Below, piece by piece: positions 1 through 10,489 of a stretch of 64,000 nucleotides of DNA; the first letter of the stretch is position 1; the number at the start of each line of letters is the position of its first letter. Made by a program: the position numbers and the translations under genes. The notes beneath the pieces were generated by a model. The model did no database searches, had not been told where the DNA came from, and was given only the letters and a program-made list of their open reading frames with translations. The DNA is from Octopus sinensis. Its lineage: Eukaryota. Where the stretch lies: contig NC_043000.1 in NCBI RefSeq assembly GCF_006345805.1, positions 82,584,001-82,648,000 of the forward strand, given 5' to 3'.

Positions 1-630
1 TTTGTACTCGTACGAGAAAATCACTCAACATAGTTTGGTTATCATTTTCGTAAGGGTACGAATTTTGTATACCAATATTGTTGAGAAAGAAAAAGAGTCA
101 AGATTAAATGAAAACTATTTTCCTTACCAAGAAGGCTTCGTGGGCTTCCGTACACACACACACACACATAATTATTATCGATAGGAACAGTATTGATATC
201 CAAGGGTAATCTTTACATCCAACATAACGTGGATGTTTGAATGTTGTTAGAACGCCGAATACTCCGGTATTCGCCGTGAAAAGTCCTCTCATATAGATGC
301 ATGGTGCATAAAAGCATACATATTTATATCGTTGGCAGATGAGAATCCTCTGCTTTGGGTACTGGAACTGCCAGATCAAGTGATTTCGACGCACTGCGTC
401 TCGTCATTGACAGCTATCCCCCGAGTGGGTAAACAAATAAACAAAAAATACTTGATAAAAATTTGACTCAACTATGCACTATTAAATTTTTCGTTAGCAT
501 ACGACACTTTCCCCTTGTCAGATGTTCTTCTATATATCAAAAATGAGTGGATGGTCATGGGTGGAATGACCTTTACCATAAGTCCGCTAAATCAGAGCTG
601 ACCTGGCACTAAACGATAATAACGATATTA

Positions 631-975
631 CTATAATACAACCATCATTTTAACTACAACTACATTACACCCACCGCCATCACCTACAACACACACATCA
701 TAATTATCTTCATCCTCATTCTTAGTATCATCATCATCGTCAACAGCAATATCATTATCATGACCACCACCACTACCATTATCATCGTCATCATCATCAT
801 TATCACTAACACACACCTATCATTATCATGATCGTCGTCGTCATCAACCTCATCATCTTCGTCGTCGTCGCCGTCATCATCGTGATCATTGCTATCATCA
901 CTGCCAGCACCATCGTCAATGACATCATCGTCGTCATCGTCGAACCACTACCATTATCAGCAGCAGCAGCAGCTG
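631..975. repeat. Mosaic trinucleotide low-complexity tract (ATC/GTC/ACC/CAG)
   Basis: Runs of catcat, cgtcgt, caccac and cagcag. Confidence 0.85.
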
Positions 976-1199
976 CATCTTCTTGCCCGCCGGTCTACCA
1001 TTAATCACCTCCCTCCCCCGCCCATGACGCTAGAGCCATTTAGTTAGACAATGAACAAGAGAACGGTTATTTTGGCGAAGGAGATGGTGGTGCCGATATT
1101 GCTGTCCTCAAGGAATGTCGCAAAATTTGCAGGAATCGGTACACAAGATGATTGATGCATAACCGGTGCACCTGCATCTAATGGGAAGACCTAATTAAT

Positions 1200-1749
1200 T
1201 ATCTATATACACATGAATACAAACATAATACTCACCTATATATATATAATATATATGTTCATACATACATATATATATATATAATATATATATATGTATA
1301 TATATATATCTATATATATATATATCTTATATATATATATATATATTAATATATATATATATATATTATATATATATACATACATATATGTATATGGCAA
1401 AAGTATATATATACATATATTATACACATTACATATTATATATATATATATGTATATTTAAAAGTATATAATACATGTATATATATATATTCTGTATGAC
1501 TATAATACAAATATATATACACATACGTATATATATATGCATGTATGTGTGTGTGTGTATACATATGTACATTCAGACATACATAATACATATACAAATG
1601 TGAGTGTGCGCGAACTAGTTTAGATATGTAAATATTTTACATACATCTTGATCTGTAATCACTTGTTTATGATATGAGCTATACGTGTGTGTTTGTGTGT
1701 GTGTGTGTGCGTGTGTGTGTGTGTATATGTATATATATATATGTAAATG

Positions 1750-1812
<63 letters not shown>
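1200..1812. repeat. Compound (TA)n/(TG)n microsatellite field
   Basis: Directly visible dinucleotide runs. Confidence 0.9.
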
Positions 1813-1836
1813 GGATGAAAGGGAACACATGAGTTG

Positions 1837-2205
1837 ATATATATGAAAAAACAAGTCAAGATAGAAAATGCTAAAATAATTTTATAAAGAACATTTCAGT
1901 ACCGGTTTCAGTCATTTTGAGACCTTTTCAACTGTAATGATTAGATAATTAATTTTTAGATTAAAATTAAATAATTAATTTTTAAAATTTAGAAAAATTA
2001 AAAGAAAAGTATTTTTAAAGGAATATTTGTATATTTGAACACTATACAAATATTCCTTTAAAAAAACTTTTTTTTAAATTTTTCTAAATTTAATTATTTA
2101 ATCGTTACAGTTGAAAAGGTCTCAAAATGACTGAAACCGGTACTGAAATGTTCTTTATAAAATTATTTTAGCATTTTCTATCTTGACTTGTTTTTTCATA
2201 TATAT
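1837..2205. repeat. 369-bp palindrome (fold-back element) with a hammerhead-like motif in each arm
   Basis: 1837-1937 is the exact reverse complement of 2105-2205. Inner arms are imperfect; loop tttgaacac at 2034-2042. Confidence 0.92.
2108..2145 (+). ncRNA. Hammerhead-like motif with variant core (right arm; mirror copy at 1897-1934 on minus)
   Basis: cag-TTGAAAA-ggtc(tcaaaat)gact-GAAA-ccggt-a-ctg: stem I cag/ctg, stem II, palindromic stem III accggt, GUA triplet. Confidence 0.5.
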
Positions 2206-2240
2206 ATATATATATATATACATACGTATATATATACATA

Positions 2241-2592
2241 GGCGTAGGAGTGGCTGTGTGGTAAGTAACTTGCTTACCAACTATATGGTTCAGGATTCAG
2301 TCCCGCTGCATGGCATCTTGGGCAAGTGTCTTCTGCTATAGCAGCGGGCTGACCAAAGCCTTGTGAATGGATTTCGTAGATGGAAACTAGAAGAAGTCCG
2401 TCGTATATGTGTGTGTGTGTATGTGTGTGTATGTGTGTGTGCGCGGGTGTGTGTGCGTGTGTGTTTGTGTGGCTTTGTTTGCCCTCCCAACATCGCTTGA
2501 CAACCGACGTTGGTGTGTATATTTATTCTATCAGTCTCTTTTTGGCGAACCGCTAAGTTAGGAAGATGTAAACACACCAACATCGGTTGTCA
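2241..2592 (+). mobile_element. tRNA-headed CORE-like SINE (family B) with an inverted tail segment
   Basis: Head ggcgtaggagtggctgtgtggtaag, B-box-like ggattcagtccc, core cttgggcaagtgtcttct; many other copies in the window. Confidence 0.8.
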
Positions 2593-2705
2593 TTCTATTA
2601 TGTCTGTTAACACAGACACAAATACACACGCATATATATATATATATATATATAATATATATATATATATTATATATATATATTGTATATATATAGAGTG
2701 CGATG

Positions 2706-3569
2706 TATAAATTGTTGACATTTTTAATTCCGCGCATGCGCATTGCTTGTTTTTTATTTTGTCGACTATACAATATAGTAGGATCAGCTGGGCACTGTCT
2801 TTGAGAAAAACAGCACCATGATAAATTTGCTCTGCCAGAAATTTGGAAACGACATGCTGTGCTGCTTGGCATTCGCGCCGGAAGCTCCAATACGAACATT
2901 TCAAAGTGTTTAGGTGTCAATCTGAGGACAGTGCAATCTGAGGGCATCTACTGAGAATGATAAAAAATCATCCAATCGACAACATGGTGTTTAGAGCGAT
3001 CACTAGTACTGGCGACGTTATGCCTCCATTCATCTTCCTACACAGCCTCAGACTCAGCACGGAGGCCTACAACAAATGCCTGGAGGAGGCAGTGCTGCCC
3101 TGGATCGAGAGGGTGCCTGCTAGAAGTCCCTATGTCTGGCAACAGGACTCTGCACCATGCCACACAAGCAGAACACAGTCATGGCTGTTAGACAATTTCT
3201 GCGACCACATCATCCCTAACATTTGGGCATCTAATTCCTCAGACTGCAAACTCCTTGATTATTATGTATGGGGCGGAGTTGAGCGAGAGACCAACAAAAC
3301 TCCTTGAAACACCAAAGATTAACCGAAAGCAAAGATTATGGCAGCATCGACCAACTTAAACAAGGAGACCATCAAGAAGAGTTGCAGGAGATTCCGAAGT
3401 CGTCTGGAGGCTGTGGTTGAATCCAATGGCAATTTTATTGAATAAATTCACTCTTTAGTATTTAAAAGTATTTTTATGTAATTTTGGTAAATATATGTTA
3501 AAATGAGATGTCAGTGTTATTTTCCTTTGATGCGTAATTTAGACGACAATATATTCACTGCACCCTGTA
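2706..3569 (+). mobile_element. Internally deleted DD37D (maT)-type Tc1/mariner transposon
   Basis: ORF 2957-3307 has VMPPFIF, WQQDSAPCHTS and NSSDCKLLDYYVWG; N-terminal HTH remnant near 2840-2935; terminus caccctgta at 3561-3569. Confidence 0.85.
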
Positions 3570-3780
3570 TGTGCATATACATTTTTTCAAGGCGGTGCCT
3601 CAGCATGGCCACTTTCTGATGACGAAAACATGTCAAAGATAGAGGATAAATTCATTGAAATTTCGCACTGAGCTGGAGGGAACATACAAGAACTTAGAGA
3701 TAATCTGTGACCATTCACAATGGAAGGAAAGAGAATTTCAAAATATCAACAATTCATTTCTCAAGTTAATTCATGTCTCG

Positions 3781-3951
3781 GCTTCAAATTTTGGCACAAG
3801 GCCATCAATTTCGGGGGAGGGGATTAGTCGATTACATTGGATGAAAGGCAAATTCGGCCCCGAGGGAATTTGAACTCAGAACGTGAAGACGGACGGAATG
3901 CCTATAAACATTTTGCCCGGCGCGGGAACGACTCTGTCAACTCACCGCCTT
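3781..3951 (-). mobile_element. tRNA-headed SINE family A (Meta/MESC-like core), diverged
   Basis: Reverse complement of head aaggcggtgagttgacagagtcg, B-box gagttcaaattcc, core gcctttcatcc. Confidence 0.8.
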
Positions 3952-3972
3952 CCCAAGTTAATTTACATATAT

Positions 3973-4183
3973 TGGTTTCAAATTTTGGCCCAAGGTAAGG
4001 ATTTTCGGGGTGGGGTAAGTACATCAACCCCAGTGCTCAACTGGTACTTATTTTATCAACCACGAAAAAAATGAAAGGCATAGCCGGCCTCGGCGGAATT
4101 TAAACTTAGAACGTGGGAACGGATGAAATGCCGTTAAGCAGTTTGCCAGCCGTGCTAACGATTCTGTAAGCTTGCCGTCTTCA
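3973..4183 (-). mobile_element. SINE family A with 19-bp TSD
   Basis: caagttaatttacatatat flanks it at 3954-3972 and 4184-4202. Confidence 0.85.
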
Positions 4184-4204
4184 CAAGTTAATTTACATAT
4201 ATCA

Positions 4205-4685
4205 CAGTCTTATCTTTGTTGACTACCTAGTATAAACTATGGGCATGCTTCGCTTTATTTAACCTCATCAGCATCGAATAGTCTAGTAAAAAGTGTCAAT
4301 TGGTAAGTAGATTTTTAAATGTTGCTCAAGAAACATTTGAATAAAAAATCGAAAGAAACAGTATGTCAGTGTAACTTCTCTATTCTTTACGATTACAATA
4401 TGGGATTGATGGAAATTCAGCTGCTATTTTTAGGATAGATGTTCCTTTCATTGGTTTGTCCAGGAAATAAAATACAGACAGTTCAATTTTCGTCAACCCG
4501 TTCGTTCTTGCTTCAATGTATAAGGCAAATTATTATGCTACATTTGTACAGTTATAATACCGCAGCTGTTAAACAGAAACACAGAGCAAGCCTAACTGTT
4601 TCATTAAAGAAACTCAGACAGCCATGCTTTTTGATAAAGAGGTAAAATTGACTTAATATAATTCAAAATACATCTTCAAAACTTA
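4205..4685 (-). mobile_element. Degenerate Penelope-like 3' remnant (GIY-YIG-like tail followed by hammerhead motif)
   Basis: Minus-strand fragments weakly resemble a PLE GIY-YIG C-terminus (ALYIEARTNG..., FLEQHLKIYLPI); hammerhead-like motif at 4239-4274. Confidence 0.4.
4239..4274 (-). ncRNA. Degenerate minimal hammerhead-like motif
   Basis: atg-CTGATGA-ggtt(aaata)aagc-GAA-gcatgc-c-cat. Confidence 0.45.
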
Positions 4686-4689
4686 ACTA

Positions 4690-4893
4690 TGGCTGTGGGT
4701 AAGAAATTTGCCTCCCAAATACATGGTTTCGGGTTCAGTTCCACTGCGTGGCACCTTGAGCAGCTCTGCAAAGGACACCGATGGAACATGTCTTACGAAA
4801 AAATAATAAGTACTGAGGTCAGCAAGTTTGACTAAAATTCTTCAAGTTGGTACCCCAGTATGGACACAAACAAGTGAAAAACGAAAGATAAGA
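4690..4893 (+). mobile_element. SINE family B, internally deleted
   Basis: tggctgtgggtaag...gggttcagttccactgcgtggcaccttgag head joined to tail gactaaaattcttcaag. Confidence 0.7.
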
Positions 4894-4914
4894 GATATAC
4901 ATACATACATACAT

Positions 4915-4945
<31 letters not shown>

Positions 4946-5394
4946 CGAGAAAGAAGCAACAAGAATGGATTAGTTTTTAGTACAATTGTTTCATACAAAG
5001 ACAGGCTTTATTACAAGTTGCAAAAATTGCAGCAGATAAAAGTGTCCCGTACTCATCAGCTAAAATACATATGAGTTCTCTAGACATTTAAGTACCACAT
5101 TCAAGTAAATTCATTGGAATTTACTTGAATCTTAATTGCTTTGATATATATATATATATATACACATATGTATATACATGCATACGTATACATATGGGTA
5201 TAACATACCACATTTGTAAACTTTAGTCATGAAATATCAGCATGATTAGACCGGGTAAATAAAACACTTGGAAGACAAATACATGCGAAGATACAGTTCT
5301 ATGATCAGTTGTTAACAGAGAGAATAACGTTAAAAGACCCATTTTTCATGTCACGGGTACCGATTCGAAAACTTATTGAGTGATATACTCAATT

Positions 5395-6570
5395 CAACAA
5401 CATCAGATAATGCAACATATGTATCGCTGTAAGATTTGATGCCGTGGCATTTTGGAAAAGAAAAAAAAAATACAGTACGTCACATATTTTTCTAACCACT
5501 TTCGTGACAGCGGGGCAGCTAATTTTCTCAACAGACCATATTTTTTGTTTGTGTTCCCACACAACGATATCTGGCCGGTTGGATTCAAGTTCCACTAGTA
5601 TTTTTTTACCCATCGGTCTCAGTATAGTCAGTTTCTTTTGTAGGTGTCCTCTTTTTAGTTATCCTGCTCCAAATTATTCTAGCCATGGGAAGATAATCTC
5701 TGGAATACATTCTCTAACAGATGGCAATAATGTGGTTGATGTCTTCAGTCTTGATCTTGCACAGCCTACATTTGTTGCCTGTGTTTTCTGCCTTTCGTGT
5801 TGTAGGTACCTAGTGGGGATCTCTAGTTCTTGGGTTGCGTGGGTGTAGCCTTCAAAATGGAATCTCATAAACTTGTCGGTGCAGATGCCAAGCCGTTGAT
5901 ATGATCAATCCTATCTATGGTTTGTGTTATATGTGCCATATACCCATGTGATGGCTTAGTGGTTAGGGTGTCAGCACCATGATCGCAAGATTGTGGTTTC
6001 GATTCCTGGACCGGGCGACGCGTTGTGTTCTTGAGCAAAACACTTCATTTCACGTTGCTCTAGTCCACTCAGCTGGCAAAAGTGAGTAACGCTGCGATGG
6101 ACTGGCGTCACATCCAGCTGGGGAACACACTCGCCACGGAAACCGGGAAACCGGGCCCATGAGCCTGGCTAGGCTTTAAAAAGGGTGCATTTACTTTTTT
6201 ATACCCATGTGAACTGGTTATTTTTTTGTTTCCTGTTGTTCTGATAAATAGATTTTAGCAATGATTCTTGCGATGGGGTCTATATCAGTTCTTATTTCAT
6301 GCCTCTCCTCAAGTTCATTTGCTATCCTAGATATGCTGTTGGTTTCATGGTCACAAACTCTAGCAAGATAGTTATAGGTCTCTTTCCTCAGCTGCAGATG
6401 CTGTTCCAGTGTTACAATCAGTGTTACATCAACACAGATTTGAGACCACGGCATGGGAAGTATATAGCCTGTCTACATGCTGAGGTTTCCTGTAACACTG
6501 AGAAGCTTGCGAGTTCGAACATCTATCTCACTCAGTTCTTGTAGTGACTAACACAGAAGGCCAAACGTAG
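5395..6570 (-). mobile_element. R4/Dong-type non-LTR retrotransposon 3' fragment (post-RT, CCHC, RLE), interrupted by a SINE
   Basis: Minus-strand motifs ELSEIDVRTRKLL, EGYTHATQELEIPTRYL, CRLCKIKTEDINHIIAIC and NRPDIVVWEHKQKIWSVEKISCP. Confidence 0.85.
5952..6199 (+). mobile_element. tRNA-headed SINE family C with 13-bp TSD, nested in a LINE
   Basis: A-box tggcttagtgg, B-box ggtttcgattcc; tatacccatgtga at 5939-5951 and 6200-6212. Confidence 0.88.
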
Positions 6571-6639
6571 GCGCGAGGACAGGCACTGCAAAGGTGCTGT
6601 GGGCAATATGTTTGTTGTAAGCTGAGAGTTCTGATGACC

Positions 6640-6792
6640 ATATGTATATATGCATGTATGTATGTATGTATGTATGTATGTATGTATGTATGTATGTATT
6701 ATGTATGTATGTATGTATGTATGTATGCATGCATGCATGCATGCATGTATGTATGTATGTATGTATGTATGTATGTATGTATGTATGTATGT
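6640..6792. repeat. (TATG)n microsatellite
   Basis: Direct. Confidence 0.95.
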
Positions 6793-6952
6793 ACAACGAG
6801 TTTCTTTCAGTTTCCATCTCCCAAATTCACTCACAAAGATTTGGTTGGCCTGAAGCTAGAGTAGAAGACACTTGCCCACAGTACCACGCAATAGAACTGC
6901 ACCCGAAACCATATAGTTGAAAAGCAAACTTCTTACCACACAACCATGCCTA
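6793..6952 (-). mobile_element. SINE family B head and core
   Basis: ctttcagtttccatctcccaaattcactcacaaag...agaagacacttgcccac...cttaccacacaaccatgcct. Confidence 0.8.
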
Positions 6953-7116
6953 TGTATATGTATGTATGCATGTATGTATGTATGTATGTATGTATGTATG
7001 TATGTATGTATGCATGCATGCATGTATGTATGTATGTATGTATGTATGTATGTATGTATGTATGTATGTATGTATGTGTGTGTATGCATGTATGCATGTA
7101 TGCATGTATAGACATG

Positions 7117-7204
<88 letters not shown>
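6953..7204. repeat. (TATG)n followed by (GATA)n microsatellites
   Basis: Direct. Confidence 0.95.
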
Positions 7205-7205
7205 A

Positions 7206-7621
7206 AAGGCGGTGAGCTGGCAGAAACGTTAGCATGCCGGGCAAAATGCTTAGCGGTATTTCGTCTGCCGCCACGTTCTGAGTTCAAATTCCACCGAGGT
7301 CGACTTTGCCTTTCATCTTTTCGGGGTCGATTAAATAAGTACCATTACGCACTGGGGTCGATATAATCGACTTAATCCGTTTGTCTGTCCTTGTTTGTCC
7401 TCTCTGTGTTTAGCCCCTTGTGGGTAATAAAGAAATAGGTATTTCGTCTGCCGTTACGTTCTGAGTTCAAATTCCGCCGAGGTCGACTTTGCGTTTCATC
7501 GTTTCGGGGTTAATAAATTAAGTACCAGTTACGCACTGGGGTCGATCTAATCGACTTAATCCCTTTGTCTGTCCTTGTCTGTCCCCTTTATGTTTAGCCC
7601 CCTTGTAGGCAATAAAGAAAT

Positions 7622-7622
<1 letters not shown>
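7206..7622 (+). mobile_element. SINE family A, tandem dimer (second unit head-truncated at 7438)
   Basis: Unit 1 7206-7437; unit 2 starts ggtatttcgtctgcc; both end aaagaaata; embedded in (GATA)n. Confidence 0.9.
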
Positions 7623-7715
<93 letters not shown>

Positions 7716-7745
7716 GAGATAAGATAAGATAAGATAAGAAAAGAC
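7623..7745. repeat. (GATA)n/(GATAA)n microsatellite
   Basis: Direct. Confidence 0.95.
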
Positions 7746-8179
7746 AAGATAAGTTACGATGAGATATCAGCGAATTATCTTTTTGCACATCTCAATATAT
7801 CTTTATGTCTAAAAACAGGAAAAGAGTGCTCAGTACACTAAGAACATAAAAGTATATTCTATTTCACAAGAAGAAAGAACGCTACAGGAAATATAGCCAA
7901 AAATCTTCATTTTTTTTTTTCCGTCTGTGCAACAGAATTTATTACAGCACACTGCCTAGTTCACTGAGAACTCCTTTCCTCTGCACACATATCAAAACAT
8001 ATATCAAAATGTGCAGATATATAGATATATATTTTGTGTAATACTTATCAATTTACGAAGCTTTTCGAACCCTATGCTGGTGGTGCTGGTATACACGTAT
8101 AATGCACACACGTATACACGTATATATGCACACACTCACACACAAACACACGCAAAGTGTATGCGCATGTATGAGCATA

Positions 8180-8394
8180 TATACAAACATACATGCATGC
8201 ATGCATACATACATACATACATACATACATACATACATACATACATACAAACATACATGCATGCATACATACATACATACATACATACATACATACATAC
8301 ATACATACATACATACATACATACATAGAGGTAGAGCGAGACAGAGAGACAGACAGAGGCACAGAGAGAAAATAGATAGCTGGAGAGATCGATC

Positions 8395-8443
<49 letters not shown>

Positions 8444-8610
8444 ATAGATAGATGATGCATACATACATGCATACATGCATACATGCATACATACATGCAT
8501 ACTACATACATACATACATGCATACATACATGCATACATACATACATACATACATACATGCATACATGCATACATACATGCATACATACATACATGCATA
8601 CATACATACA
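8180..8610. repeat. Compound (TACA)n/(GATA)n/(TACATGCA) microsatellite
   Basis: Direct. Confidence 0.92.
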
Positions 8611-8843
8611 AATGTGCAAATATCGAATTTGCCGAGGGCACAGAGGCGAGGATGAGGTGAGTGATGAAGGTGACGCTATGCAGTGAATATATAAAGTAGG
8701 TTGTGTGGTGAAGGGGGGATGTTATTGAAGGATGACTGAGGTGAAATATGATGGGGCAGGAAAAATTAAAGGGTCTTGGAAGAGATGGGTGGTGATAGCA
8801 GTGGTGGGGTGGGGTAATGGTGATGGTCACGGCGGCGGTGGTG

Positions 8844-8943
8844 NNNNNNNNNNNNNNNNNNNNNNNNNNNNNNNNNNNNNNNNNNNNNNNNNNNNNNNNN
8901 NNNNNNNNNNNNNNNNNNNNNNNNNNNNNNNNNNNNNNNNNNN
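8844..8943. other. Assembly gap (100 N)
   Basis: Run of n characters. Confidence 1.
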
Positions 8944-9056
8944 GTTATATAACAACTACCGATAGTATGGTCAGTACTGTGATATGCGTATATCTATCTA
9001 TATATCGTTTATATCTATATCTATCTATCTATCTCTCCCTCCCTCCCCTCTTTCCC

Positions 9057-9105
<49 letters not shown>

Positions 9106-9401
9106 TCTCTAATATATATATTTTACTATGAGCTATGTTCGAGCCGTCCCACTCTCTTCTCACCGGGCGTCAAGTTAATACATTTCTTGTGCACGTCCTC
9201 TTGTTGTCCATTAATTTTATTCGCTTATTTGAATTGACTGTATATATATATATACATACACGAGTAAGTGGTCAAACGAAAGAAAAAGGCACGGAGGTAC
9301 ATCTATTATTTCAAACAGTCTGATTCGCTTCGTCTCTTTCAGGCTGTGGATTGCCGAATGAAGAATTGCAGGAAGTCCAAAATGGCTATACAATATATAT
9401 A

Positions 9402-9465
<64 letters not shown>

Positions 9466-9601
9466 ATATATAGTAATATATATATATATATGCATGTACA
9501 TATACATAATATATATATATATATGTACACACCACACACACACACATATATATATACGCACACATATACATTTACATATCTACATATATGTATTCATACC
9601 G

Positions 9602-9702
9602 AAGGGAAATGGAAATTAATAGAAATTTTCACTTCCGGTGGCCTAACTTTTTACACTCTAGGCCACTGGAAGTAAAAATTTATATTAATTTCCATTTCCC
9701 TT
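9602..9702. repeat. Imperfect inverted repeat, ~44-bp arms, 13-nt loop
   Basis: aagggaaatggaaattaata...cacttccggtggccta pairs with taggccactggaagt...tattaatttccatttccctt. Confidence 0.9.
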
Positions 9703-10358
9703 AGACATGATTAAGTATTGTAAATTTTCGGATAATTTTCGGATTTTAAAAGTTGGCATTTTTTATTGCCGAAGAGGGGCTGCGTCTGCGCAGTAGATTT
9801 TGAAAAAGTTAGGATGCATAAACAGGAGGCACATAGTTATTTGCCTCGTGTTTTATATATTTAATCTAAGGTGTACTTGTTGAAGAAGATTTCACCTAGC
9901 GAATGTTATTTATTTGCTAAATCAAATCAGAAACCTATTGGTCCAGGAAAAAGATGGTAAAAACCTTTTAATTTTTCATTTCATTCCTGTCGAATTTTAT
10001 CCTTAATTTTTGTGGTTATAGAACCTAGTTGTTCTTTTAGCGTGTTGAATCCCACGAGTGGATTACTTATGTGTTTAAATGTACACTGTATTTTATGGGT
10101 ATATACATGCATACACACACAATATATATATATATACATACATATATATATAGACACAAACACTCACTCTCTCTCTCTCTCTCTCACACACACACAGTAT
10201 CCTGTAATTTCAATTAGATGTGCGACTGCTATTGCTGAGTTTAGTGTTTCCCTAACGATTGGGTGTTGTTCAGCATCCATCTGCACTTGGAACATCGAAT
10301 ATAAAGGTGAAATGTACGTAGGGAACAAATGATATAAACTTTATCATAATTTTCGATA

Positions 10359-10397
<39 letters not shown>

Positions 10398-10489
10398 TGT
10401 GTGTGTGTGTGTATGTGTGTGTGTGTATGTGTGTGTGTGCGTGTGTGTGTGTTTGTGTGTGTGTGTACATATGCATAACTGTATATATA

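Noticed and set aside
631-816. Asp/Gly-rich 61-aa ORF
   Set aside because: Trinucleotide-repeat mosaic with no domain or splice support.
1040-1190. Short Cys-containing frames (CRCTGYASIILCTDSCKFC; NGYFGEGDGGADIAVLKECRKIC)
   Set aside because: Too short, closed by stops, and no recognisable family.
7206-7622. CRISPR-like or regularly spaced repeat array
   Set aside because: Tandem SINE units without unique spacers; eukaryotic context with no cas genes.
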